Source: Octopus sinensis (taxonomy: Eukaryota). From it: a stretch of 64,000 nucleotides of DNA. The stretch lies in contig NC_042998.1 in assembly GCF_006345805.1 (NCBI RefSeq), forward strand, positions 166,346,001-166,410,000, given 5' to 3'. Within the stretch, counting starts at the first letter, position 1, and every line of letters begins with the position of its first letter. Shown one piece after another: positions 27,590 to 41,274 of the stretch. The position numbers and the translations under genes were made by a program. The notes beneath the pieces were generated by a model, which did no database searches, was not told where the DNA came from, and saw only the letters and a list, made by a program, of their open reading frames with translations.

Positions 27590-28040
27590 CAATTTTGTTG
27601 TTATCATCCCATATGTTTCTTCAACATCTTTGTTCCCCCTACCACAAATGCACTCTTGTATCCTCACCTACACAATTTCACACCACACAACTAACAATTA
27701 TACACACATCAACATATCTCTTTCTAGACACAGATACACACTGATGCACTCTACACACCTACCACATTTTCTCTTCTCAATATGCCTGTTATAACAGCTT
27801 TTTCTCAAGTCACTAACCTTTAACTTTTTCATGCGTTCTTTCACCGCCTTTCTACAAATTTGTAATTTTGTCGTCAATTTGTTTTTCTTTTCTCTTACTC
27901 TTCACTATTTCTTGCTGATGAAAGACTACTGTCTGAATCGCTAAAGGTCTCCCTTTAACTTCGCGGACTTTAAACTGATTTCATATTTGTCAAGCTTTGT
28001 TCTTGTGTTTTCCCAATTAATGTTTATTGACCATTAATTA
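27590..28040 (+). mobile_element. Penelope pLTR-like fragment with degenerate HHR
   Basis: CTGATGA-A-AGAC-TACT-GTCT-GAAT at about 27916-27940; GAAA mutated, stem I not recoverable. Confidence 0.5.
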
Positions 28041-28287
28041 TATACACTAGTATATGTATATAGGTGTGTGTGTGTATGTGTGTATGTAAGTGTGTGTGTG
28101 TGTGCGTGCGTGTGCGTATGTGTATACGTAAATGTCGAACGATGGAAATGGGTGCCCAACACCGCATTAATGGGTGTAATTTCTTGTGAATTAAGGCTAC
28201 CATTGGTTTCATGTTAAGTAGGAAAATATCCTAGTGTCTTAACAATTTTTCAAGTCGATATATATATATATATATATAATATATATA

Positions 28288-28318
<31 letters not shown>

Positions 28319-29608
28319 ATATACATTCATATGCAAGTATATTAATATGTATGTGTATGCGCATGCACACACACAAGCATTGCATTAAGATACATCAGGC
28401 AATGCCCTAGGATTCATTATCAGTGTTGTTTCTGAGGTCTGAGTGGGATTCGGGTACTTCAGCATAAGATCCTGCCACCCAGTTGATCCAAAGACTGAGG
28501 GCTTATATCGATGTTATTGTTGTTGTGGTCATTCCAACTAAGGTCAATTGTCGATATTTATGCAAAAGTATCTGATGTCTTTAGAGGAAGTTCTCCTGGG
28601 AAAAGACCGTATCAATATTTAAGCACATCCTCTTCCCCAAAGCAGATAAACTCCTTGTTAATTCTCCTTCCGTAACGTATTGTTATATTTCACCCATTAA
28701 ATTACACGCCACGTAAGGTCAGATTAGAGATTTATCTGGTCATCTATCTGATGCTAACTTTCTGAAGATGAGAGTTTGGGAAAAAGCTTGGTGACCTTTG
28801 TGATGTCGTTGATGTATACGATAAAGACACGTCGACCCAACACAGTGGAGCAAGATGACCTTTACTTGACTTCAGTGAATTTTGTCGATATTATTGGGAA
28901 ACACGCAATCTAATACAGTAGCTTTTCATGGAATCTAAAACTGGCTTGTTTTTTTTTCTTTTTTTCTCGTGCTTATTTATTATTATTATTTTTTTTTACT
29001 TTTACAGCAGAAATAATGTGATTTAATCTGTCTATGTTCTTGCAGAATTCACGATAAACATCTTTATTTCAGCCATAAAGGATTTGGAGCATAGCTGTCA
29101 CTCACAAACAATTATAACCTGATAACTTTCACCACGCTTTCGCCAATTGTTTTTTGTGCCTATGTAGTTGCAAGCAGTCACAGACATTTATCGATCCTTT
29201 CACACTTGAATAAATAGAACATCGTGACTATGACAGCAGAAAGGAGAAAAGGTGACAACGACAATCAGCTGGTAATAATTTTTAGCTAAATATACTGGAG
29301 AAACATGGAGTGATGTAACATCCTCAACGACACTACGTGCCACTTGGGTCAGAAATCGAACCCATGGCCTTGCATTCGTTAACTCTAATGACGCGGTCAC
29401 ATGTCTCCAGAAAGTAGGAAAGAAACTGGATAGTCTTCTTTGAGGAACGGTCATCAAACCGCTCCAGCCATACTCCTTAGGATTCAAGAAATCGTGTTTC
29501 TTTCCAAGATGTCAGTTATTGTTGATTTCATTAACCTCTTAGTTTAATGATATGAAGATGGAATTAGTTTCTAGTTACTTTTTGGGGAAAGTGGAATAGA
29601 AATTCATT

Positions 29609-29663
<55 letters not shown>

Positions 29664-30052
29664 ACACACACACACACAAACACACACGTATCTGTGTCTG
29701 TGTGCGCATTATATATATATATATATATATCAGATGAATGCTGACGTCAAATTCCATAGGAAATTTAAGATAAACTAAAAAATCAGAATATCGCACTGCT
29801 AACACAAGGTAAAACACAATATCGACGACTAAACCTGTAGTATAGCAATATAATTGGTGGTATATTATGATTGCAAAACAAAATGTTGTGTCCTTGCTAG
29901 TAATAAATATCATATATCAGTTGCTAGGAATGTGTTTAGTATATAAGTTAGTCTATCAAATTGTGTTACACCGCTAAACGTAGAGGGTATTCAAGTAACA
30001 TGTTCGTAGATAGTTTCTAACTTCCATCACATTGCTTCCATAGACATATTCT

Positions 30053-30092
<40 letters not shown>

Positions 30093-30108
30093 TATATATG
30101 TGTGTGTG

Positions 30109-30146
<38 letters not shown>

Positions 30147-30177
30147 ATACGTTGTCTGATTAATAAGTATACAGAAT

Positions 30178-30343
30178 GTTGCCATAGTAATGAAGGTAAA
30201 GTACGCAGAATGAAACCGGTTGGTAAAGATTGACCTTGAACTCTGCTGTGCATGTGCACTACGTTTTAGCGTTCTAGCTCACTGCCGCTGTTTACAGCAG
30301 TGCATGGAAGGAAGGTGTATAGCGTGCGATCGTCGCATGGACC
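30178..30343 (+). promoter_or_regulatory. Candidate promoter/5' UTR of the + strand gene
   Basis: Unique, relatively CpG-rich; RFX X-box-like GTTGCCATAGTAAT (30178-30191); nuclear-receptor-like TGACCTTGAACT (30231-30242); possible UTR intron GTAAAG(30196)...TTTACAG(30297). Confidence 0.4.
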
Positions 30344-30402
30344 ATGACAAAGGACGTTGTCATGGCGATACCTACCCAGAAGCCGACGCAGTTGCAGAAA
30401 AG
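30344..30402 (+). CDS. Candidate first coding exon, unknown protein
   Basis: accATG; MTKDVVMAIPTQKPTQLQK(R); donor AAG|GTATGG, phase 2, the only phase that stays open into exon 35097. Confidence 0.55.
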
Positions 30403-30786
30403 GTATGGAGAGAAGTGTATGAGCTGCAAACAAGTGGATAAGTGTTTCAGAAGTAATGGAGCAGACCACGCGCGCGCGTGTGTGTATGACACGGTACCAT
30501 GCGATTTTCTTGGGAGATTATCCGGAGAAGATGCAAGTTGGTGTCGTCAGTGCGATACTATGAAGGGATTTATTGGGACATTATTACTGCTATAAAGCCT
30601 GTCATATCGAGAGGTATATATCCCGGATGACGTAGCTGTGTTGTTTCCCCTAATACAGGCCACTCCAGAGGGGGTCAGGGTTTATGAAGTCGTACGGCCG
30701 GTATTCGCTGCCACTAATGACGGTATTTTGATATGACTATCACTCTCATATTTACGTATACATAGATATATATATACTTATATATA

Positions 30787-30824
<38 letters not shown>

Positions 30825-30850
30825 TATTATATATATATATACATATACAT

Positions 30851-30883
<33 letters not shown>

Positions 30884-30893
30884 CACATTATAC

Positions 30894-30941
<48 letters not shown>

Positions 30942-31400
30942 TGTGTGTGTGTGTGTGTTTAAGTTTGCGAGCGTACTTGTATTCAGATATACAGAGGCAA
31001 AGGTATGTTTAAGACACGTGTACGTCCAAGAGTAAGATAGTTTAAGTTTATTTATGAGTGCGTTTTTGCTCGTCTATGTCCTTGTTTGTATGTGTATTCT
31101 TGAGTATAGTTATGTGCGCACACATGCTTGTGTGAGATATAGCGCGTGTGTTAACGGCTGTGAATGTAGATATGTAGGTTATTGCCCTAAAACGTTTTAA
31201 AATGTATATTTTAAAAGACTAACTAAAAAATTCCATGAATGTTTCTCGTATGCACGAAATTCTTTCTTCGTCATGGTCTGCATTACAGCAAACACTCCTA
31301 TTTGCAGATATGTGTGCATATAACGAGCAAGACGCACGTATATATATATATATATATATCTATATATATATAGACATATATATATATATATATGTATATC

Positions 31401-31440
<40 letters not shown>

Positions 31441-31616
31441 TATATATACATACATACATATATTTACATATCTATACATGCATATATATATATAATTTTC
31501 ACATATATATATATATATATATATATATCAAGTGAGAGGAAAAGACAGAGAAATGCTTGCTAGATAGGTAAATACATATTCATACGTTTATATGTAATAC
31601 GAACACGCGCACAATA

Positions 31617-33032
31617 CAGGGTGTCCACAAAACCACTTTCTAATTTCATGATGTTATGATAATTAAACTAATTCAAATTAATTGATAATCATGTGAACCG
31701 ATTCTCTAACAACAGTTATCTCATTTTTAACCTGCTTTCAGACTCAAGTATCATATGATTCCACCTACACCGAAGTCTATTCGGAAATGGTACAGCGATT
31801 TTAGTCAGAAAGGGTGTATATGTGATCAGAGAAAGGGACTATCTGGCCGATCACCAGTCTCAGAGAAAGTTATTGATCGAGTTAGAAAAACATTCGTGCA
31901 CAGCCCCAAGTACTCAATACGACGAGCTAGCCGGGCGTCGTACCTCCCCAGAGGCACGATTTGCATGATCCTACACAGACACCTAAAGTTTCGCCCTTAC
32001 AAGCTGCAATTAGTTCAAAAGCTCAACTTGAAAGATAATAGAATGCGATTAGAATTTTGTGAGAGTATGCAGCAATTAATGGAAGACAATGATAACCTTC
32101 AGTCAAAACTCATTTTCAATTGAACGGCAAAGTCAATAGACATAACGTGCAGATATGGGGGTTTGAAAATCCACACGCTACCCAGGAAACTGAGCGAGAC
32201 CCACCAAAAGTTAGTGTGTTTTGTGCCGTATCAGAGAGTACAGTGTATGGTCCTTTTTTTCTATGAGGGAGGAACTGTTACTGGTTAAAGGTACCTGGAG
32301 ATGCTGACCAATTAGATGTCTCCACAACAAGCTGCTGAGGGTGATACCTACCTTTTCCAAAAAGATGGTTCCCCATCACACTGGTATCTCGCTGGCAGGA
32401 AATTTCTCAATGAGCACTTGCCAAACATATGGATTGGTTGTGCTGGACGAGCTGATCAGATGTTCTGCAAGTGGCTTGCGAGGTCACCGAATCTAACTGT
32501 TTGTGACTTAATTCTTTGTGGGTAAGTAAAGAACACAATTTACGTACCACTACTACCTGCAACCATGGAGGAGCTGAAGATTTCGATCACTGAAGCAGTT
32601 TGCATAACTCCAAATATGCTGCAGAGCGTCGGGACCGAACTGGATTATCGCATTGATATTTGCCAAGCAACCAGAGGGGCGCACATTTAATGCTATCCTA
32701 TATCACATGAAACTGAATGGAATCCTGCATCTGCAGCTGTGAAAGATTATTACTATGAAGTGATTGTTTTACCATTATTATATTAGTAATATTAGTAATA
32801 ATATATTAGTAATAATATTATTGTTATTTAGATTAATATTATCTTTTAGATTATGAGGTGGTAAATTATTAAAAATTAATTATAGATTAATATATTGGTG
32901 TAATAGTAAAATGTGGTTTATATCTTCTTTAAGGGGATATCCATTTATATTAATAATAAAGAATATTACTAATATGTATATATATATATATATATTATAT
33001 GTATATATAGATATACATGCATACATACATAT

Positions 33033-33069
<37 letters not shown>

Positions 33070-33737
33070 GTCTATATATATATATATATATTATATAATA
33101 ATATATATATATATATATAATATATACGTGCGTCTTGCTCTTATATGCACACATATCTGCAAATAGGAGTGTTTGCTGTAATGCAGACCATGACGAAGAA
33201 AGAATTTCGTGCATACGACAAACATTCATGGAATTTTTTAGTTAGTCTTTTAAAATATACATTTTAAAACGTTTTAGGGCAATAACCTACATATCTACAT
33301 TCACAGCCGCACTGGCATCTCGCTGTCAGGAAATTTCTCAATGAGCACTTGCCAAACATATGGATTGGTTGTGCTGGACGAGCTGATCAGATGTTCTGCA
33401 AGTGGCCCGCGAGGTCACCGAATTTAACTGTTTGTGACTTCTTTGTGGGTACGTAAAGAACACAATTTACGTACCACTACTACCTGCAACCAAGGAGGAG
33501 CTGAAGATTTCGATCACTGAAGCAGTTTGCATAACTCCAAATATGCTGCAGAGCGTCGGGACCGAACTGGATTATCGCATTGATATTTGCCAAGCAACCA
33601 GAGGGGCGCACATTTAATGCTATCCTATATCACATAAAACTGAATGGAATCCTGCATCTGCAGCTGTGAAAGATTATTACTATAAAGTTACATGTTATAC
33701 CTGTTTGAAACCAGGGAGTGTTTTTGTGGATATCCTG
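31617..33737 (+). mobile_element. rosa-type (DD41D) Tc1/mariner element, decayed and internally rearranged
   Basis: TIRs CAGGGTGTCCACAAAACCACT / AGTGTTTTTGTGGATATCCTG with TA flanks; ORFs 31755-32123 and 32316-32525; 41 residues between the QKDG Asp and the SP(N/D)L position; WIG motif. Confidence 0.85.
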
Positions 33738-33934
33738 TATTAAATAGGTATGGATGTATATAATCTATGCGCGTGCACGTGTATGATTGTGTGTGAGTGA
33801 GAATAAACACACACACACACACTTTCACATACACACATAAATGCCTGCATTTTTACATATATGTATGCATTTAGGCATGTATGCGAATATATTGTGCGTT
33901 TGTGTGCGTGTATTGTTTGTAAAACTAAGGTCAC

Positions 33935-34064
33935 CCTTGTCTTTCATCCTAAGTACCAACTGAATGCAGAGATCGATGTAATAGACAAGCCTCTTCCTCT
34001 CAAAATTACTGATCTGGAGTGAAAATTAAAAAGAATTGTTGTTGTTATTATTATTATTATATTA

Positions 34065-34113
<49 letters not shown>

Positions 34114-34337
34114 TCCAATTCCTTTCATCCTTTCGGGGTCTATAAATTAAGTATCAGTTGCGTACTGGAGTCGATCTAATCGAATGGCCCTTCCCACCAA
34201 ATTTCGGGCTTTGTGTCTATAGTAGAAAGAATTGTAATTATCGGCGTCGATAAATAACGTACCAATGAACACCGCGGTCAATGAAATCGACTTATCCCTC
34301 CCCACAAATTGCTGCCCTCGCGGTAAAATTTGAAACA

Positions 34338-34399
<62 letters not shown>

Positions 34400-34790
34400 G
34401 GCGGCGAGCTGGTAGATTTGTTAGAATGTCGGGCAAAATGCTTAGCGGTATTTCGTCCATTTTTACCCTCTGAGTTCAAATGCCGCCGAGTTTGACTTTG
34501 ACTTTCATCCTTCCAGAGTCGATAAAATAAGTACCAGTTGAATACCAGGGTTGATGTAATCGAATTATGTAATTAAGATGGAGAGCTAGCAGAATCGTTA
34601 GCACGCAGGACAAAATGACTAGCGGCATTTCGTCCGTGTTTGCTTTCTGAGTTCAAATTCCGCTGAAGTCGACTTAGCTTTCCATTCTTTCGAGGTCGAT
34701 AAAATATGTACCAGTTGAGCACTGGGGTCGCTATAATCGCTTATACACCCTCCCCCAGATTTCAGGCTATGTGTCTATAGTAGAAAGGAT
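33935..34790. mobile_element. Cluster of SINE family A copies (mostly +) separated by (TTA)n
   Basis: Cores at about 34125, 34260 (-), 34490, 34670. Confidence 0.8.
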
Positions 34791-35096
34791 TGTTGTTGTT
34801 GTTGTTATAGTTATCATGTAACCTCAAAGTAATCCTTGCTGGATCTAGATTTGCAGCAAGTAAGAAGCTGACTGAAACAACTAAGTCTGATTTATGTAAC
34901 TATTGTTTAAGACATTTCATGTCTTCGATTAGTGGCAGACAAAATACGTCACCCAATTTAACAACCGACTTGGCTTTACAGTGTCTTCAGTGGACTAAAA
35001 TATTAGAAGCAGGCCTTTAGTTTGAGGATAATTCATCATTTTCATATACTGCATCTTCCTTTGTGCTGTACGTATTCTCGTATTTCTCCCGGTCAG

Positions 35097-35242
35097 AAGA
35101 CATAAAGTGAAACCGTTCTCCATCAGAGGTCCACTGGCAGCTACAACAGATGTCTTGTTCTCATATCTAACGTCTCAGGAGACTTCTTATTCGTTTGTAG
35201 GCCAGCACACAACCAATGATTCCCAGCTGGACAATTTACAGT
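35097..35242 (+). CDS. Candidate exon 2, unknown protein
   Basis: Long pyrimidine tract ...TATTTCTCCCGGTCAG|; open frame RHKVKPFSIRGPLAATTDVLFSYLTSQETSYSFVGQHTTNDSQLDNLQ; donor ambiguous (35196 GTAGGC, 35240 GTGTTA or 35242 GTTAGA). Confidence 0.55.
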
Positions 35243-35794
35243 GTTAGAAATATTGAATAGCAGCAAACTGTGAATTGTGGTTTATTTATTTCCCTCCCTA
35301 CCAGACTAGGGGATTTTTTAAATATCAAAGGTGTTGCCTGCCCTTTCTCACTTGAATAAGCCATAAAAATCACACCGTGGCACATTGAAATGCAGTGATT
35401 TATTGCAGCGGTTTTCAAACTGGAAATGTCTCATTCCCGCTTCAAATGTAAGTGAAATTTTTGGCACCCGCTTCCTGTTTATACAGAAGAATATAAGAGC
35501 ATTTGCATCCATATAATTCTTTCTCCGCCATGGTGTTGTACAAGCTTAAAAACGTTAGAAGCTCTATAAGTTATAGTAAATACGGTAATTTAACTTTCCC
35601 TCTTTCAGTCCTCATACTGATTTATTTAGAAATATTCGTTGTTTAGAAAGGGATTGAACATTTTTGTTATATTTAGCTAGTAATGAACAGGGCTATTATG
35701 AGTTCAAGGCTTCCTATTACATTACGGTGATCTAAAGCGGTTCGAAAAAGAAATCGAAACCATGTCACGAATTGAAACTGTTTTCATGCACGTG

Positions 35795-36105
35795 TTTCAG
35801 TCGTTAGACTGCAGTGATGTTGGGACACCACCATGAAGATTTTTAAAAGTCTGTTATTTATAATATCCGTCTTTTGTTGAACCACTAAGTTATGGGAACG
35901 TAAACACGCCATCACCGGTTGTCCAGCGGTTGTCATACACATATATATGACAGGCTTCTTTCAGTTTCTGCCTACCAAATTCACTCACAAGGTTTTGGTC
36001 GGCTCGAAGCTATAGTAGAAGACACTTGCCCAAAGTCCCACGCAGTGAACTGTGCCCGGAATCATGTGGTTGGGAAGCAATTTTTTTTACCACTCAGCCA
36101 CGTCT
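35795..36105 (-). mobile_element. SINE family B
   Basis: Reverse of family B head and tail. Confidence 0.75.
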
Positions 36106-36205
36106 GTGCCGAGTGTTACTATTATACATAGATTCACAAGTGAAAAATATCTGAAACTCGCAAAGTGTCAGTTTACATATAAAAAACAACAACATTTTAT
36201 AAGTT

Positions 36206-36624
36206 TCTTATTTCTTTATTGCCTACAAGGGGCTAAACATAGAGGGGACAAACAAGAACAGACAAAGGGATTAAGGCGATTATATCGACCCCAGTGCGTA
36301 ACTGGCACTTAATTTATCGACCCCGAAAGGATGAAAGGCAAAGTCAATCTCGGCGGAATTTGAACTCAGAACGTAAAGACAAACGAAATACCTGTTTCTT
36401 TACTACCCACAAGGAGCTAAACACAGAGAAGATAAACAAGGACTGACAAACGGATTAAGTCGATTACATCGACCCCAGTGCGTAACTGGCGCTTAATTTA
36501 TCGATCCGGAAAGGATGAAAGGCAAAGTCGACCTCGGCGGAATTTGAACTCAGAACGTTAGCGGCAGACGAAATACTGCAAAGCATTTCGCCCGGCGTGC
36601 TAACGTTTCTGCCAGTTCGCCGCC
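36206..36624 (-). mobile_element. Dimeric SINE family A
   Basis: Same internal junction (GAAATACC|TRTTTCTTTACTACCC) as 14172-14584. Confidence 0.85.
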
Positions 36625-37317
36625 TATAACCTCATATAAGTTGTGTGTGTGTGTGTGCGCGCGTTCGTGTGTGTGTGCTTCTTGCTTTATCTCTTTTTCC
36701 TATGCCAATACATTCCTTCTGTGACTGGAGGTAAGCAAAGTTGACTCAGTCAGAGTGCAGCATTTGTTCCTCTATACTCTACAGTTTTGTCAGTGATCTG
36801 GATCCCACCGTAGAATTTTGGAATTAACAAATTGTTTTTAAGATGTTGTTATTGTTGTTAGTGCAACACTTTCTTTTTTTTTTAACGGAATCAGTTTTAT
36901 GTAGGCAAGTTAACTTACTCAACCACATCGCAGCAAAACATTTGTTAGGTATATATTGTTTCAACCGCCTGCGGCAGGGAAGTGCAAGTTACTCTAGTAT
37001 CAACTTTACATGAAAGAAAAGCTGCAACGAATTTAATGCGAAAATGTTTCACTGCTGAGATCTTAGGTTTTAAATTTTATCGTAAGCACATGCTGAAGTT
37101 TACAACGTTTCCATATCATATCTAATAACATGGCTATCGTGCAGAAAGAAAAGAAAGAATAAACAGAAATCGAGGTCAAACGAGGTGGATCAGCAGTGAA
37201 AGTTAGAAGATAACAAAAAAAAAAAATAATAATAAATAAAATAAAAAAAAGGAAACAGAAAAAGACAGAGGAAATGGTAGGAAACGAAATTGGATAATAA
37301 ACCAGTATCTACATAAT

Positions 37318-37552
37318 TGTGGAGGCGCGTGGCTTTGTGGTTAGGGTGTATGATTGTGGCTTCGATTCCTGGACCGGGAGACGCGTTGTGCTCTTGAGCA
37401 AAACACTTCATTTCCCGTTGCTCCAGTCCACTCAGCCGGCAGAAATGAGTAACGCTGCGATGGACTGGCATCCCGTCCAGCTGGGGAACACATACGCCGT
37501 TGAAACCGGGAAACTGGGCCTATGAACCTGGCTAGGCTTTAGAAAGGCGCAT
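37318..37552 (+). mobile_element. SINE family C
   Basis: Matches 178-468. Confidence 0.85.
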
Positions 37553-38354
37553 TTTTTTTTTATCAACATAATTGCGAATCTTTAAGATGTTGCCAGTAGT
37601 ACCTGACGTAATAAGATGGCGGCAATTACAGTTTAGGTACTGTTGCTACCATTGTGGTGGCGAAGGTGGTAGTTGTTGCTTGTTTAGTGTTAAGTCGGGA
37701 TTGACTCTTAAAATTAAGTTTTTTATTCATGGCAGTTCCATAACAACCTAGAGCCTCATCGTCCACATTTTTTGTTTTTGTTTTCAAATCGGTTGAAGTG
37801 CTCTTCGTTACTGATCAACTTGCTGTTTCTAGCAGGTTGAGTAATAACGAAAAGCAGGCATGGGCAAATTTTTTCGAGAAGCGATCCGTATGGGATGTGG
37901 CTCAGCGTTTGGCGAGCCGCACTGCTAAAAAATTCAAAGCAATTTTTCGTTAGGCGTGTTATTCAGATAGTCGCGCGGACAGCGGTTTACTCATTACTGT
38001 TGTAGAATCTCCCATTGGATTATAATAGTTCTGTTCTGACCTTCCATCAACTTTCACTACTCTAACGGTCACTTTTCTCGTCAGGACAGGATTTTAATAT
38101 TATCAGCCCACAGGGCATTTATCAATTTTATAGCGTTGTTGTTCTTTATAGCAATGAATCAAAAGTGTACTGCAAATTGGTGCTTATACCAGGTGTATAT
38201 TATTGGCATTGCAAATATTTATTTCGTGTACTATTGTTAGTAACATAAAATGTTGCTAGAAATCAGATCTAATATTCTAGCTGCTGTTTGTATTTTATTT
38301 TCTGCCAAAATTCTAGCACCTTCTTTTCTTTTTGATAATAGTTATAACTAATTC

Positions 38355-38965
38355 GTTAGCAAGCTGGACAAAAAGATTAGCGCATTTCTTCCAGTTTTAC
38401 ATTCTGAGTTCAAATTCCTCCGAGGTCGATTTAGCTTTTCAACTTTTCGCAAGGTCGATGAAATAAGAAAACTAAGTTGAACACTGGGGTCGATGTACTC
38501 GACTAGACCTTCCCCCGAAATTTCGGGCCTTGTGCCAATAATGGAAAGGGATAGTAGTTATAAACAGGCAGAATCATTAGCATGCCAGAAAAAAAAAGGC
38601 CTAACGGCATTTCTCCAGGCTTTACATTATGAGTTCAAATTCCGCTGCAGTCGGACTCTGCCTTCCATCTTTTCGGAGTCGACAAAATAAATACTTGTTG
38701 AACACTGGGAGTTGATGTAATCCATTTGCTCCGTCTCCAAAATTTCAGGCCCTGTGCCTATAGCAGAAGGATTATGGTTATAACCTTAGAGCGGTGACTG
38801 CAAGAAGTAGCACAGTACCAGACAAATTGATTTACAATATTAAATTTAATGAATATTTACGTTCTTAGTTCAAATCTCACCAAAGTCGAATTCCTCATTT
38901 ATTCTTTCGGGGGTCAAAAAAATGAATACTGGTTAAAATTTAAGCTGATGCAATCGAATATAACC
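38355..38965 (+). mobile_element. Head-to-tail array of 3 SINE family A units
   Basis: AGTTCAAAT at about 38407, 38631, 38868. Confidence 0.8.
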
Positions 38966-39087
38966 AGAATCCGCAAAATTTATAGTGTTGTGTTTACGCT
39001 AAAAATGAATATTAACTATATTTTTGTTCGGTTTTCGGTGTAATCATGGCACTGTTGTGATAGTTGCCTTCTTTATCTTGCTTGTAG

Positions 39088-39203
39088 GGTCGGGCGACGT
39101 GCCTGGACCAATGTAACCGTCTTCACCTGATCGAATGTAGAGGCATGAATAATGGCTTTGATTTTACTAACATTCGACTTTTGCTTGCTAAAATGTCTCA
39201 TCT
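39088..39203 (+). CDS. Candidate exon 3 (long form 39088-39203 or short form 39088-39112)
   Basis: Strong acceptor CTTCTTTATCTTGCTTGTAG|; long form GRATCLDQCNRLHLIECRGMNNGFDFTNIRLLLAKMSH; donors weak (GTAAAA or GTAACC). Confidence 0.4.
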
Positions 39204-39827
39204 GTAAAAGCCACGACAACAAATGATAACAGTAAATCGCTAACTAAACTGGATGATCTTGGTCGTTGAAAGTTTGTAGTCTGTTCGTCCTCTCAGCATC
39301 TAGTGATATTCGTCTTTGATTCAATATGTTCATTTGCCGAAATAATTCACAACCATCGTAAGACATCCTATGATCTTAACGTACCCAGGCTCTGGGATTG
39401 CATGCTATTTACCTCGTAACTGAGACCCGAACAGGTGCTACTACTCCGGGTCAGAGTGGTTCCACACACCTCAAAAACACTGGAACTCCCGAACTGGGTA
39501 CCGCTACAAGATGCAATTTAAAATCATTCTCAAGACTGCACTACTATTTTATCGGTGTTTTGTCGATAACTTTGAAGTTTTAGTCGCTGATGTTCTGCTC
39601 TGGTTAATGTCCTAAGAGGACTTTCAGAAAAATGTAGTCCTACATTATGTCATCTATCATTTATGAGATCTGGACTGTTTCTTTTAGTATTCATGTGGAC
39701 ACAAGTGGTGTTCCATGTAGTATTAAAGTTAACAGTAGTAGAAGACTGATAATATAGATCAGGTGTGAGAAAATCTTTGACTTAATGCAATTTATTATAT
39801 GCTCCTTTTTCTCTCGATTGTTCAAAG

Positions 39828-39874
39828 GTACAGGGTGTTTTCGTTTTCGCCCGTCAGGATCCAGTCTCGAAATG
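39828..39874 (+). CDS. Candidate exon 4 (47 nt)
   Basis: CTCCTTTTTCTCTCGATTGTTCAAAG| ... AAATG|GTATGG; open in all three frames (YRVFSFSPVRIQSRN in the preferred chain). Confidence 0.45.
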
Positions 39875-40164
39875 GTATGGTAGCAAGTATCAATTTAGAC
39901 CAAAATTTACAGCCTCCAAAAGGTAGGTCGACTTACATACCAAGACGACTTTCGAAGACCAAAAATCCCATGTAAAATATAGCAGGGTTTGGTAAGATAG
40001 TTATAATATGCACACTTGTATGTATGTATGTATGTATGTATGTATGTATGTATGTATGAATGTATGTATGTATGTATGTATGTATGTATGTATGTATGTA
40101 TGTATGTATGTATGTATGCATGTATGTATGTATGCATGTATGTATGTATGTACGTAGAGCTTTT

Positions 40165-40300
40165 AACATCTATTATTGTATTTATTATGGGACACTGATG
40201 AGGCAAAGAAAAAAATTGCGTAATGTTCCTACAACTGTTATGTAAATATAACAGCATTTTCATGAAACGCGTGTACGTTCTCTGTATCATTGAATGCCAT
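40165..40300 (+). mobile_element. pLTR-like fragment with internally deleted HHR
   Basis: GGGACA-CTGATGA-GGCAA...TTGC then GTA-A-TGTTCC (stem I partner); GAAA and stem III missing. Confidence 0.5.
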
Positions 40301-40342
40301 GCTGTTATCTGCTTAATTATTATTATTATTATTATTATTATG

Positions 40343-40395
<53 letters not shown>

Positions 40396-40648
40396 CATTA
40401 TTATTATTATTATTTCTATTGTTTAGCTCGTATTCCGTACACAAGCTTACCATGAAGTTGATACTCCACTTGATACTACATTAGATACTAGAGTGGAGTG
40501 TGGAACCCATTACTGAACATGATTTTCGTTTGCCGAATGAACTTCACAATGCCTTACACACACACACATACACGCACACATACACATACACGCATACACA
40601 CACACACACACACACTCACAAATATATATATATATATATGCATACACA

Positions 40649-40681
<33 letters not shown>

Positions 40682-41274
40682 GCATACATATGTGTGTGTA
40701 TGTACGTAATGAGTGGGTATATGTAAGTGCATGCACGTGTTTGAGTGCTTATATAGGTATGCATGCCGAACATATAAATTACTTAAATATGTGGATACCG
40801 GTTTATGTGTATACTTCTACATAAATGCAAAAAGAGGGAAAGAAACAAACAAACAAAGAGGGAGAAAGAGGCAGAGAGAGGCAGAGATGAAATGAGATAA
40901 ATTTCAAATCTTACAGTGATATGATATGTTAGTAATTAATGGACAGGTTAAAACCTATATAGAATTTGAAGCCTGCTGTATGAAATAAAATACTATATTA
41001 TACGTGAAATGAAATCCCAAATAGTGGTATTTGGATTTCAAAGACGACATTTATGAACTCATAAGAAACTATATATGTGCATTTGTACACATGTGTTTCT
41101 ACAAATACGTGTGCACATACAAGCATGCATCCTCATACGTGCGTGCGCAAGCACACACTCGCAGACACGTTATACGTATGTGTGTTAGATAGGGTTGGGA
41201 TATTTGCTTATAGGGTGAAACATTTTAGAAACATAGCTACAACATATATGTGTATATATATATATGTGAGTTGG

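Noticed and set aside
28763-28800. CTGAAGA...GAAA hammerhead-like motif
   Set aside because: No stem II and no cleavage triplet; chance match
28380-28920. Unique sequence with peptide-like fragments on the minus strand
   Set aside because: Stops in all frames and no consistent splice sites
35020-35140. Minus-strand peptide with two YEN motifs
   Set aside because: Short, stop just upstream, overlaps the + strand acceptor tract
35167-35226. Minus-strand tetraspanin-like last exon LGIIGCVLAYKRIRSLLRR*
   Set aside because: In-register antisense of the better supported + exon 35097-35242; no upstream transmembrane exons found
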